Shown here piece after piece: positions 49,351-62,200 of a stretch of 64,000 nt of DNA. Location: NCBI GenBank assembly GCA_035221665.1, contig CM069132.1, forward strand, positions 163,680,001 to 163,744,000, given 5' to 3'. The number at the start of each line of letters is the position of its first letter. Within the stretch, counting starts at the first letter, position 1. Both the position numbers and the translations under genes were made by a program. The notes beneath the pieces are model-generated. The model searched no databases. It was not told the origin of the DNA and was given only the letters and a program-made list of their open reading frames with translations. Source of the DNA: Okamejei kenojei (Eukaryota).

Positions 49351-50295
49351 GCACACAATGCTGGAGTACTGTATCTCAGCGGGTCACGCACCTTTCATCT
49401 GCACAAAATGAATACCTGCCGTTTCGGGGTCGACACCCACCTTTAGACTGAGAGTCGGGGGGTAAGGGATTAGTTTGGTACAAATACAAAAATCCCCACC
49501 TCCTTGCCAATGATTGACCCACCTATACATAGAAACATAGAAACATAGAATTAGGTGCAGGAGTAGGCCATTCAGCCCTTCGAGCCTGCACCGCCATTCA
49601 ATATGATCAGGGCTGAATCATCCAACTCAGTATCCTGTACCTGCCTTCTCTCCATACCCTCTGATCCCCTTAGCCACAAGGGCCACATCCAACTCACTCT
49701 TAAATATAGCCAATGAACTGGCCTCACTACCCTCTGTGGCAGAGAGTTCCAGAGACTCACCACTCTCTGTGTGAAGAAAGTCTTTCTCATCTCGGTCTTA
49801 AAGATTTCCCCCTTTATCCTTAAGCTGTGACCCCTTGTCCTGGACTTCCCCAACATCGGGAACAATCTTCCTGCATCTAGCCTGTCCAACCCCTTAACCC
49901 CTTTATACCGTCCTCCACTGGCTTCCTCCTCTTGGACTTGCATTCCATCTCTCTCCGGCCACCTCCCAACCTTCATCATCCGACTCGTTTCTGTTTCGTT
50001 TCCACTCTTTGTATCTACTGGTTATCACCATTTCAGAGCAACAACGGACCAATGTGGCCTCGACCTTCCCCTTGTTCATCGTTGCTGCCTTTGATTTGAT
50101 CTTTTTAATTCATTTGTTTGTACATTCTCACACCTCTAGTTTGGTGGGGCTTCTCCTCTGATTCCAAGTCGGAAGAAGAGTCTCGACCCGAATCCTCACC
50201 TATCCTTTTCTCTGCAGATGCCTAACCCGCTGTACTCGGGAATTACGTTTCTACTTTCGGTGCAAACCAGCGTCTGCCTTCCATTCTACACATAG
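49351..50295. mobile_element. Degenerate Penelope-derived element with inverted termini, interrupted by a minus-strand CR1 3' fragment (49527-49897)
   Basis: Left arm atgctggagta..ctcagcgggtca...gtttcggggtcgac; right arm gaagaagagtctcgacccgaa..tcacctatcc..cagatg. Both resemble the arms of 20058-20249. Confidence 0.65.
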
Positions 50296-50379
50296 GCTTC
50301 CACATGTCAGTGAATTCCACCACCGTGAGCGCTAATGTTCACATAATATCCCGAGACACACCACGGATGTATTTCTTAC

Positions 50380-50697
50380 CTGGAGACCTACTGATATTCT
50401 GGCTTTTCAACTCTTTTCCATGTGTGACTTGGCAGTACTAGACGATACCTTTGAACCAATCTGCAGCTGGGATTGTCAACTGGCTGGTCGCCGAGAAGTT
50501 CCCGTTAACCGTTCACCTGGAAAGGCGGGAGAGGTGACGATGCCAGAATGCCATGGTCGCCATTCTTCAGCCAGTCCACAGTAAATTTCGCTGGCTGAAA
50601 TCGTTGACCAAACACACGGCGGATCGCTTTTTGCTGAGCCTGATTTCATCAAGGGCAGTTATGGTGATGGCGACGGTAGGATGATGTACCTCGCGAC
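50380..50697 (-). CDS. IGHM: IgM heavy chain constant exon Cmu2 (net-zero indels and one TAG as assembled)
   Basis: Acceptor tattttctttcag, donor AG|gtaaga, 318 nt. Reading across the indels gives [100 protein letters not shown]. Confidence 0.87.
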
Positions 50698-51621
50698 CTG
50701 AAAGAAAATAAACTTCCCTGGAATTGCTCATAAACTATCGTCGATTAATAATGACACCCAATATTCTGACCAAGAGAAAAAAAAAATCACCTTTTCTGAT
50801 TAAAAGTAGCCATCCGCTCACCTGGACTTCCCGAGATTGCTGCGAAATTCTTTGTTTATCGAGTGCTCGCAAATGGGAAATTATAGCTCGTGTGTCGTTG
50901 TCACAGGGATGGAATGGGCCGACTGTGTTCTGCCTTTGTCCTCTATGACTGTGTCTGTGCTTCTAATACTCTTGATAAATGTTCTCAACATGATGCACTC
51001 AGCCGCTTGGATGTTCGCGAGTTAAAAATGTAACTTATCTATGATAGATCAGTTCCTCGCGAATTATATGGATGTGCTCGTGATGATGATAAATTGATCA
51101 GCATCTTTTCAAGCTCTCTACAGGTATTTTTTTGTTTTTTTATGAGTTTGTAAATGGTGAATTGTCTCGATATTTGAAGCCATCGCCTTTCGTTTTCCGT
51201 CACTAGAACGAACGGCAGTGCTTCCGTATTGTGAATATCGCTCTCGCCCCTCGGTTGCCAGAAACAAAACCCACCGTTTTTATCGAAACAACAACAGCAA
51301 TGTTGTTTTTGATTAAAAAAAAGGGAGTAAAGGCTGGAATAATTTGGCGGGTAAGGCATGTGTCCACTTTCTATTGAGACTTTAACGCCTTTGGTAGTTA
51401 CGTTCAGATGATTTTCATCAGTGTTCCAGATGTTACATGGCATCTGTGGATGCAGCCGCATGTTCACATCACTGTATAGACATGAATTGTCTGTCTTTGA
51501 CTAGGTGGGTCGTGGAGCTCAGATGAGCGTTCTACAGTCAGTATGGCATGAAGAATAAAACCGAACAGGGCACATTAAGCCAAGTACTTATCTTCAATTG
51601 TCAAATCCCGCGAATTATATG

Positions 51622-52089
51622 GATTGCATCATGGCCTGGTTCGGCAACTTGACATCAGGAGCGGGAAAGGCCGCAAAATGTTGGGAGCACTAGCCCATTC
51701 CATAACCGGCTCGACCCCCCCCCCCCCCCCCCCCGCCCATCATCAAAGGGATGTATCGGAGTCGCTGCTCATTGAGGCAGCCAACAACAGAGACCCACAC
51801 CATCCTGGACACACACTCATCTCACCACTGTCATCGGGAAGAAGGTACAGGAGCCTGAGAACTGTAACGTCCAGGTTCTGGAACAGCTTCTTCCCTACAG
51901 CCATCAGGCTATTAAACACTGCAACCTCATATGCTCTGAAGTACACTAGACTATTATTATTATTATTATTATTATTGCTCAGTCTATAGATGTTTTTTTG
52001 AGTATGTGAGCGTGTATACATGCAAACATTTCAATTGTTCAATCTGGGACATAAGACAATAAAACATCTTGATTCTCAACTCTCAACTC
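51622..52089 (+). mobile_element. Rex1-type LINE 3' fragment in the Cmu1-Cmu2 intron
   Basis: DPHHPGHTLISPLSSGRRYRSLRTVTSRFWNSFFPTAIRLLN, then AATAAA and a short tandem tail. Confidence 0.85.
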
Positions 52090-52125
52090 CACCCTCGGCC
52101 AGATCGCGGTGCACCCCACACGAAC

Positions 52126-52426
52126 CTGCTAAATTTTGATGGATACTCGTTTTGGTCGTGTTGGACCACGCAGAAGATGTCGCCACTCTCCCGCCTCCGC
52201 CTCGGTTGATGGTTAACTCGCTGATCCGGGTGTAAAGTTCCCAACTTATTGAACACTGCGGGTAGTCCTTCACTCTGTGTCCAGTTGTTGATCATCTTTC
52301 TTCCAAGAAACACTGCGCCCGCAGGGTAAATAGCCCAGCGCCAAACACCCATAGGTGAACGAACCACGTGGAGCCGTGATCCCTCGCAGGTGGAGAGAGT
52401 GAAGGGGCTGGGCGCGGATGGAGCCG
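52126..52426 (-). CDS. IGHM: IgM heavy chain constant exon Cmu1 (several 1-bp indels as assembled)
   Basis: Acceptor ttttgccttgcag and donor AG|gttcgt. Reading across the indels gives AAPSAPSPFTLSTCE..GSFTYGCLALGY..SVSWKKDDQQLDTGVKDYPAVFNKLGTYTRISELTITEAEAGSGDIFCVVQHDQ. This is an Ig C1-set domain with the early light-chain-linking Cys, both canonical Cys and the Trp, and resembles elasmobranch Cmu1. Confidence 0.85.
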
Positions 52427-52779
52427 CTGCAAGGCAAAAGGCCACGTGAATGTTAAACTCCTCTCTTGCTCGTTTGCAAAATATTCATGTGCGAGGAATC
52501 ATTATACAGCAAATCGTTCTAAGCAGTTTTCTCATTCATGCAACTTCACCTGAGTATCATAAACTAATTAGTTAATCATTCTGCCTTGATCCCACCTTGG
52601 AAAACGTTGACTGAAAACTTCTTGGATGCCAATATCTGGCAGTTACTGTCCAATGTACGCACCATCCTCGAGTTGGAAACATATCGACAGGCCTCCAGTA
52701 TTAATTACTGTATCATTCCCAGGGTTTCGCCCAGGAATGCACTTAATACTCAGTGGCTAAACTAGCGTTGCCTATGGGT

Positions 52780-53250
52780 TACAATCTCACCAAACTCCTG
52801 TTGCGACTGGGGTTGATGGAGCAAGGGCGGAACTAACGGGATACAGTGTGAGAGCCTCATCTATTGCAAAAGTGGGGAATACCCGCTCCTAAAGAATGAG
52901 GATCTCGGATATCCTGTATGGAACAACTCATCTTGGGAGCAGTTGCGCGGAGACGGATGAATTTGGGAGTAGGACATAGAGTCTTTGCAGGAGGCACGGT
53001 TGGAAGAGGTGTAGTCCTGATAGCTGTGGGAGTCCGTAGATTTGTAATTTATGTCAGTCGACAGTCTGCTATCTCCTGCGATGGAGACGGTGAGATCAAC
53101 AAAGGGGAGGTACTGTGTTCGGGGATGGACCCGGTGAATTTGATCGTACGGTCAAAGTTTGTAGATAAATGAAGTCAATGAGTTCTGCATGGAAACAGAC
53201 GAGAGTTCGGGGATAGGGGCCAGTCTGTGTCAGGGGTTGTTCCATGTACC
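52780..53250 (-). mobile_element. Penelope-like element RT fragment
   Basis: Minus strand, across indels: LPFVDLTVSIAGD.LSTDINYKSTDSHSYQDYTSS..ASCKDS..YSQ...R.CSQDELFHT. Confidence 0.8.
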
Positions 53251-55094
53251 AACTAAATGGAAATTGGTGAAATTACCAATGTTGGGAAACGACATTTTCT
53301 CTGCTTTTTGAATTATAGAACAGTTATCCCACTAATCCGTGAAACAGAATGGCGAATTGAAATCAATGGGGTCAAAGGCGGGTTTGACTGACGTTCAAAT
53401 TTACATGTTGTAAATATTATAAAATAAAATTTATTTAATTAAAACATTACCTTATTAAATAAGAAAAAATGGTAGTTAAATAAAATGAAATAATTTATGT
53501 ATGTTCGCTGGGCCATTGAGAGGGCCCATGGCTAAACTTTTGATTTGAAGGAAGAGGGAAGAGTTTTTAGTTTTAATAAATTGTCAGAGAGATTTATCCT
53601 ATAAAACACAGCAATGGAAGATAGCTTGGTTTTCCATGTTCGGGCTCCCGAACATAATTTCAGGGAACACAAGAGCACAAAACAAAACGTATGTTCGTAC
53701 TGTTTTGAACCTTATCTTCGTGAAAAATCGCCTTCAAATTGCTGTCCACTCGGAACGACAACACTAAGGTCGGGCGCGGAATGGGTTGAAATGGAAGCTC
53801 TGCTAATTAACGACAAATAACACACTTAAAATGTCCTTTTTTTCTAAAACTGTATATTGGTGTCACCCATCCCGTCACGAAAATATACCGACACAATTGT
53901 ATGCCGACAGTAATTGCCACGTAAATTCCAAAAGCAAACCAGCGGACAAGAAACATTACTTCAACCGATTAAAAACATTATGAGATTGCATTGGAAAGGT
54001 ATTAAAAATAACTCTCCTCAATATATAATCTTGAATTAATAAAGGGTATGTACCACACTTCTGGAAACTAAATTAGCATTTAAATTGTAAGACAGGTTTA
54101 ATACTCCGTAATTAAATAAATCTGGCACAGGTTTCAAATGTTTGTCTGTTCGCCATTGCCTTAATGAATTCAATAATTATCATAAAATGATGTTTTATTG
54201 CATGACGCTCAGTTCGTTATCCAGCATCTTTAAACAAGTTTACATTAACAATGGCGATCGGCAACTGAAGATCGAATGATTAACTTGATCGCTGTCCGAT
54301 AGAAACGAATATAAAAAACACCAATTATTAATTACAATCTGCAATCTATAAAAAACAAAATCTCCTGAGTTTGCTTCGTGACATTTACAGGAAAAGGCTA
54401 TCTATTCATATAGTATGTTCTACTTTAATAGTGAAAATGCACAGTTGCTAAATCAATGTTATTAATTAAATAAATGCAAATGTAAATTTGAACGTCACAC
54501 AAACCCACCCTCCAGCCATCGAATTCAATTCCATCGTTCAAGGATTAAGTGGGATACCCAGTTTTATAATTGAAATTCAGATAGCGGAGTCCAGGGGATA
54601 TGGGGGACAAGGCGGAACTGATTGGGGATGGATCAGAACAAGATCACATTAATGGCGGTGCTGCTCGAGGACCGAAGGGCGTCCCTCCTGCACCTATTGT
54701 CTAATGTCCAAAATAGCAGAGAAAGTTCGTTTTCCCACCATTTTCCATTTCCCAAGTTTCATGCCGTAACTATTCGTAAAACTGAACATTTTTCATTAGC
54801 AATTTACTAAATACAGGAACCTTTTGTGTTTAAATGACATTGGAGCCAGAGACACAAACACAAATTCAATTCTCTTTCATAATAAATCCATGGATTAAAG
54901 TTATTCCCCAAACTACAAGCTGTTCCAAAATCTCCCCATTTTACACATTCAACGCATTTTCCAATGGGAATACTCGTGATCTTTGACATAAAACAGAGCT
55001 TGGGTCTTGGCTAGCAGCATTTGTGGAAAGAGAAACCCAAGAATTTTTCCAGCACTGGACTGTCGTTGCGAGACTAAACCATGGCAAGTTCAGT

Positions 55095-55372
55095 TTTTAT
55101 TAGAGAGATAGCATAGAAAAGATCCTTCTGCCAACCAATCCAGGCGACACAAAAGTCCACAATCGCACTATCGCACCCACCCCCGAACCCACTTAGGGTC
55201 GATCACCCGGCCAATTAACCGCAAAACCGGCACTCTTTTTGGTGGTTGTGGGAGGAAAGCAGAGCACCATAAGAAACCACAGGGAGAACGCACAGTTCTC
55301 ACTCACGTCTGCGCCTGATTTCGGGAACGAAGCCGGGTCCTCTGGCGCTACCAGCTGTCATCGCGGGCTCCC
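55095..55372 (-). mobile_element. tRNA-derived V-SINE-like element
   Basis: gtgggaggaaagcagagcac..agaaaccacagggagaacg and a B-box-like gggaacgaagccgggtcctctggcgct in antisense. Confidence 0.65.
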
Positions 55373-56619
55373 CTCTATGGGATTTTGTCTTTCGCCACAG
55401 CTGCGGGACCCTCTGGGTTTTTTGCAACCATTTACTGTTCTCTATTTTATGAATTCTAATAAATTATTTTTAAACATATTATCTGACTATATATATATAT
55501 ATAATATATATATATAATATCTAATATACATACATATATATATAATATTTTATAAATATATAATATATAATATATATGTTCTTTGCGTTTATTTAAATAA
55601 CATAATCCGACACTTCCTACAACAGCAATACCCGGTCGCTGCCACCCAATTGAAGGTACAAACACGTCAAATTGTGGCAATAGATATCCCGTTTCTATCC
55701 CGCACTGACCGGCTGAATCACACCGCCCGATGGATGAATCGCATAACACACATTCTGCTGAAACTCTTCACAAAAATCCACAATCTCTGTCCAAAGACAA
55801 TCGAAATTCATTGTCCCAATGACCACAGAGCCAATTCATAGTAGAAAATAACGCGAAATAACACAATACAAATGGATTACATAGATAACATTTCCAATAC
55901 AGTGGATTTTTCCTTCATTTCCCCTCCGTCTCTCCTATTCCTCTGTCCCCTCGTANNNNNNNNNNNNNNNNNNNNNNNNNNNNNNNNNNNNNNNNNNNNN
56001 NNNNNNNNNNNNNNNNNNNNNNNNNNNNNNNNNNNNNNNNNNNNNNNNNNNNNNNNNNNNNNNNNNNNNNNNNNNNNNNNNNNNNNNNNNNNNNNNNNNN
56101 NNNNNNNNNNNNNNNNNNNNNNNNNNNNNNNNNNNNNNNNNNNNNNNNNNNNNNNNNNNNNNNNNNNNNNNNNNNNNNNNNNNNNNNNNNNNNNNNNNNN
56201 NNNNNNNNNNNNNNNNNNNNNNNNNNNNNNNNNNNNNNNNNNNNNNNNNNNNNNNNNNNNNNNNNNNNNNNNNNNNNNNNNNNNNNNNNNNNNNNNNNNN
56301 NNNNNNNNNNNNNNNNNNNNNNNNNNNNNNNNNNNNNNNNNNNNNNNNNNNNNNNNNNNNNNNNNNNNNNNNNNNNNNNNNNNNNNNNNNNNNNNNNNNN
56401 NNNNNNNNNNNNNNNNNNNNNNNNNNNNNNNNNNNNNNNNNNNNNNNNNNNNNNNCAAGTTGATGTACTGTTGATGTGGTTGGGTGATTTGGGTGGGGGT
56501 GGGGTTTGTGGTTTGTGTGGGGTAGGGGGTTGGGGTGGTGAGGGGTGTGGGTTGTGGTTTGGTGGTGTTAGTTGGGTGGGTGTGTTGGGGTTGTTGGGGT
56601 GGGGTTGGGTTGTGTGTTG

Positions 56620-59290
56620 AGTGTTTGTGTTTGTGTGATGTTTTGTAATGTGATTTCAATTTTGAGTTTGATTTTGATTTGGAGAGTTTTGAGTTTGATT
56701 TCATTCGCGGAGATTTCAGATTTTGAGTGATGACAGTTTGAATTTGAATTTCGTTAAGAGTTTGAGTTTAATTTGAGAGTTTCAGTGTTTGAAGGTTTCA
56801 GTGAATGATTTTGAGATTTCAAGAATTTGTGTTTGAGAGTTTTATGAGTAAGACTTGAAGATTTAAGTTTCCAGAGTTTGAGTTGAGTGTAAGCGAATTT
56901 ATGTTTGAGATTTGAAGAGTTAGATGTTTGAGAGTTTGAGTTATCTGGACATTATTTGCAGTTTTAGTTGACAGTTTTGATTTAGAGTGTAGAATGTTTG
57001 AGTTTGAGAGTTGAGAGTTTACTAGTTTCGCGCATCGTTTTGTGATGTTTGTGAGCGAAGTTAGATGAGCGTTACAGAATGATAGTGCTATGTTGTGTCG
57101 AGTAATTCCAGTACGTGCCATTATTAAGTTAGTGAGCAGTGTATCGAGTCGCTTGAGCATTTAAGACTAAGACAGTGTGAGTATAGCTATTCAGAGCTTG
57201 AGTTTGAGACTTGGAGATTATATATGTATTGAGTATGAGCGTATGAGAGTTTGAGCGTTTGAGATTTTGAGAGTGAGTTTGAGAGTTGAGTTAAGCTATT
57301 TGCGATGTGCAAGAGTTGTTACGAGATGGACGCGAGTGAGAAGATGTAGAGGAGTGTAGTGAGTGTGTAGTGTGTGAGTATTAGTTTGAGAGTTAGATTT
57401 TGAGAGGTAATGAGCTATGATAGTTTGCGTTGAGAGTTTGAGTATGACGAGTTAGATAGTTTGCGAGTTAGAGACGTTAAAGATTGCGTAATGCTCACTG
57501 CTTACGCCGATATGACAGTATTGCGTATATTGAGTTATTTTGAAGTTTATAGTTTGCGATTATAAAGTGATTTTGAATTCAAGGAGTTAGCTATAGCGTA
57601 GCTGAGTCTTTGTGTAGTGTTTTTATATATGAGTGTCTGAATTTGAGGAGTTTGGATAAATTTGAGTTTGAGGGCCTTTCAGAGAATTGGAGTTTGAGAA
57701 TTTTGTGAGTTTGAGTGAGAGTTTGAGATCAGCTCCGTGAGAAGTTTGAGATTTGAGTTTGCGTGTTTGAGTTTGATTGTGTTTGAGATTTTGCAGTTTG
57801 AGAGTTTAGAGTATTGGATATTTAGAGAGTTTGACTGAGAGTTTGTGTTTGCATGTTTAGAGTGTTTTGTGTTTTGAGGATGTTTGAGTTTGAGTGATTG
57901 TGTGAGAGTTTTCCAGATTTTAGTTAGAGTTTGAGTGTGTTTTTGAGTTTTAGTGTTTCCGTGTAGAAGTTTCAGATTTTGAGTTGAGAGTTTGAGTTTG
58001 AGTTTGTGATTAAGAGTTTTAGTTTGAGAAATTGAGTGTTTGAGTGTTTGAGAGTTTCAGAGATTGAGTTTGAAAGTTTCATAGTTTACGTTTGAGAGTT
58101 TGACTTTGAGAGTTTGAGTTTCAGAGTTTGAGTTTGCGTGTTTGAATTGAGTGTTTGAGAATTTGAGTTTGAGAGTTTGAGAGTTTGGTTTTGAGAGTTT
58201 GACTTTGAGAGTTTGTGTTTGCATGTTTGAATGTTTGAGTGTTTGAGTGTTTGAGTGTTTGAGTGTTTGAGTTTGAGTGTTTGTGTGAGAGTTTCAGATT
58301 TTGAGTTTTGTGCTTGAGTTTGAGGGTTTCAGAGATTGAGTTTGAGAGTTTGCTTTTGAGAGTTTGAGAGTTTGAGTTTGAGAGTTTGATTTTGTGAGTT
58401 TGAGTTTCAGAGTTTGAGTTTGCATGTTTTGAGTTTGTGCGTTTGAGAATTTGAGTTTGAGAGTTTGAGAATTTGATTTTGAGAGTTTGACTTGATAGTT
58501 AGAGTTTGAGAGTTTGAGAGTTTGAGTTTGAGCGTTGGTGAGAGTTTGAGTGTTTTGAGTTTTGTGAGTGAGAGATTTTGAATTGAGTTTGACAGTTTGA
58601 GTTTGACAGTTTGAATTTTAGAGTTGAGTTTGAGTTTGAGAGTTGAGAGCGTTTGAGAGTGAGAGTGATAGTGAGAGTGAGAGTGGAAGTGAGAGTGAGA
58701 GTGAGATTTGAGGTTGAGTTGAGGTTGAGGTTGAGGTTGAGGTTGAGTTGAGGGTGAGAGTGCGAGAGCGTGAGAGTGAGAGTGAGATTGAGATTTTGTG
58801 TTTTGAGGTTCTGAGTTAGAGTTTTGAGAGTTTGAGTTTGAGAGTTTGTGTTTGAGAATTGAGTTTGTGCGTTGAGTTTGAGAATTTGCTTTTTGATTTG
58901 ATGTTTGAGTTTGATTGTTTGAGTTTGAGTGTTTGTGGGAGTGTTTGAGTTTTGAGATTGAGTGTTTGTGAGTTTGAGTTGAGAGTTTGAGTGTGAGAGT
59001 GTTGAAAGATGTGAGTGGTGTGAGTGTGTGTGAGTGTGTGAGTGTGTTACTGTGTGAATGTTTGAGTTTTAGTTTGAGAGTTTGAGTTTGAGTGTTTGAG
59101 TTAAGAGTTTAAGTTTGAGAGTGAGGGTTTCAGTGTTTGAGAGTTTCAGAGATTGAGTTTGAGAGTTTCAGAATTTGTGTTTGAGAGTTTAAGAGTTTGA
59201 CTTTGATAGTTTGAGTTTCAGAGTTTGAGTTTGAGTGTTTGAGAATTTGAGTTTGAGAGTTTGAGAGTTAGAGTTTGAGAGTTAGATTTA
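56620..59290 (+). repeat. Long (TTTGAG/TTTGAGAG)n satellite array 3, degenerate near the gap
   Basis: Same units and strand as arrays 1 and 2; regularity increases toward 59290. Confidence 0.92.
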
Positions 59291-59291
59291 G

Positions 59292-62200
59292 ATTTTACTT
59301 CGGAGTCACGTGAGTGACTTCGTGAACAACCCGCCAGCACGCTTGCGCAGCATATCGTCGCGTGCATCTGCAGCGGCAGCTGGGGGGGGGGAGTGCGCTC
59401 TCCCCACCGGCCTCCTTCACAAGACCGGCAGGTAAGTATTACCTTCCTTTACAGCATGGACAAGGGCCGCCGGACGACGCTGTCGGGGAGCTGAGTTGTG
59501 CTGTGGCCAGCCGACGGCCCTTGTCCCCGGAGCTGCACGGAACGCCGGCAGCTTCAACACATGTGGAAGTCGGGGAGCGGAGCTGAGCTGCGGCCAGCCG
59601 ACGGCCCTTGTCCCCGGAGCTGCACGGAACGCCGGCAGCTTTATCGCAACGGTGGGGGCAGGAATGAGGAAGTCGGGCGCGGAGCTGAGCTGCGGCCACC
59701 GACGCCCTTGTCCCCGGAGCTGCAAGGAACGCCGGCAGCTTTAAAAAACGCAACAGTGGGGGCTGGAATGCAGAGTCGGGCGCTCCCGCTAATTACAGGG
59801 GCTGACTCTACCCGAATGGGTTACCACTATGGAGCTGCAAGCAACAGGTCCAGACAACTCCGAGCCCCCCGTCCCCCAAGAAGAATAAGGGGGGATACAG
59901 GTACGTGGGCAAGGGGTCTTGTTTTTTCTTTTACAGGCAACCTCTCCCCGAGCTCCAGTAGATCCGAGGGGGCTGGGCCGGGGGACAGCCGCACGACAGG
60001 GGAGCCCTGCAAAGTGCATTGCGTACCGCAGCCAGGGATATATCTGGGCCATCGTGCAGCCCGGGCATAACACTGCTGCGTCGTGTAGCCTGCTGGAGCA
60101 GATACCGCCGACAACACACCCCGTCAGGCTGCGGTCAAGGGCGGAGGTGGCAGCAGGAAGCGGTCGGTCAGCTCAGCGCTGCGAGCGGCCGACCATGCGC
60201 CTCCACGCCAAGTAATGGTGTAAGTGTGGAGGTAAGCTGCACGGACTCCGGGGAGCCAGGTTCCGGGGGCCGGCGCCGAGTCAACTCACCTGCCTTCTTA
60301 TCTGCCAGGTGGGCCGCCACAGTCTGGGAGAAGACAGACTAGCGGAGAGTCCGTGCGGGAGTCGTATGACCCCTACTTGGGCTGTAGGTCACGACGACCT
60401 GCCATTGGACCATAGACCCTAAGGGGGTGAGGTCCGATGGTGGAAGCCCCAGTGAATTCGCAGGGCCTGGGGAAGTCGGCTTGTCCGCTGCATCTCGCAG
60501 GGACGGTCGCATTGAGCGGTTGGAGCTCTTAAATGGTCCAACATCTCCAGCGGGAACCAAGAACGAGAAGAACGGCATCCACTAGCCGTGCAAGGACTCC
60601 GCTCAGCTCCTCATCGTCTCCAGCCAGAAGCATTAATGATTGCCCAGCTGCTGAGTTTGACGACGACCAGGGACAGCCAGTGACCGCTGACCAGAGCATG
60701 AGAGGATGCTGGATGTGGTGAGTGAAGTTTTGCCGTTTCTACCCAGACAGGTGAACCCTGCACCACGAATTGGCGGGCACCATTGATTGCCTACGTATGC
60801 ACCAACTCTGGAGTCAGATTCTCAATAATACCTTGGAGAAAGGTTCTCCACGGGCCATAACGGCGTTCTGGAAAACCTGATCGGGGATAATGTGTCCAGT
60901 AAATAGCATGATGCGCTAGCACTCCTATGCAACGCCCAGTATGAGATATATTGCCTGCGTAAGAGCTCCATATAGCCCACACTAAACCCCAAATTCGCGG
61001 GGTTGTGCCGACCATTACCGTTCCACCAACCGCCGCATCAGTTGCTTGGAGACCTGTACAAACAGGTGAAGGGACTGGACAAAGGAGGCCAAAACAGTGG
61101 GCCTCATGAAACTCCATCGGTCAGAGTTCACCCCATACACCAGCAACAGCCTAATACAACCAGTGAACCAAGGCTGCCGGGATAGGGCACAAAGATTCTA
61201 ACCGACCTCCATAACGTCCATCCCGAAGCACCGTATGTATGGAACCCGCCGTTCACTATGGAGGTAAGGGGGTCTGGCTCCTCTCACGCCGTAGTATCCC
61301 TCCTGTACGAATAGGTGGGCGATGCGGCGCCTTGGACATATGGGGAAAACTGTAACCACAGATGAGTTTATTTACAAAGTGTTCAAGGGTATATAATTCG
61401 TGGGAGGTATAGATTCCCATACCCAGCATTCGCCTCGTAGGAATTTACTCTATCCCGAAAAGAGGTGGAGGCAGGGCATGCTGAAATTATATGGCGAGCA
61501 GGGAAAAGTGGTAATTGGCATAACCAAGCATGGACATATTGAGTTATAATCGATTTAGCTGAGTTGAAACACTTTTGTACAATAACCCATGTCAAAATGG
61601 ATGCTTTTGGAACAGCTAGGTGGATGCTTTACTCAGGGTACTTTTATGGCATTATCAGTTTTGAAAGAAGCATGCTATAACGGTGCCCGGTCGCTGAGGC
61701 TCACAGGGAATTCTGAAGTTGTCTGGAAGGGTGCATTGCCTAATGGAACCATCACAGATTAGGCTGTTTACCAAGTTGGTATTTACCTGTATTGGCTCTT
61801 CTCCGACAACAAGATTATAGTGATGGGCATGTTGGATGAAATCGTTATAATGGGGCAGACCCTCCAATTGGCAATTCAAGGAGTGGCTGCAACCAAGGCT
61901 CTGCTTGAGAAGCTGGGAGTGTAATCCATCCAGACAAATCAAAAACTGCACCCGCTACGGGTTATGGATTTGGTGTTCACCTTAGACACTAATTTAATGA
62001 AGTTTATCATCCCCACTAATAAAGCTACTGCTATATCAGAAGAGTGCCACAATCTTGCTTGCGCCAGGGTATCGACCATGTGGCAAACAGCGAAAGTTAT
62101 TGGTATTGGTAACTCTAAATTGGTAACTACATTCCCAGCTGCACGATTCGGACCGCTACACTACCGAAATTCGCAAAGGTCACAAATCACAGCATTTAAA

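Noticed and set aside
41770-52426. IgW or IgNAR identity
   Set aside because: Four C exons with mu-type motifs (Cmu3 [12 protein letters not shown], Cmu1 YGCLA..WKKD..YP) and a GKPSFVNVSLVL tail fit IgM.
56620-59290. Satellite as an Ig switch region or telomeric array
   Set aside because: It is not built from AGCT/RGYW-type repeats and is not TTAGGG; cartilaginous fish have no canonical switch regions.
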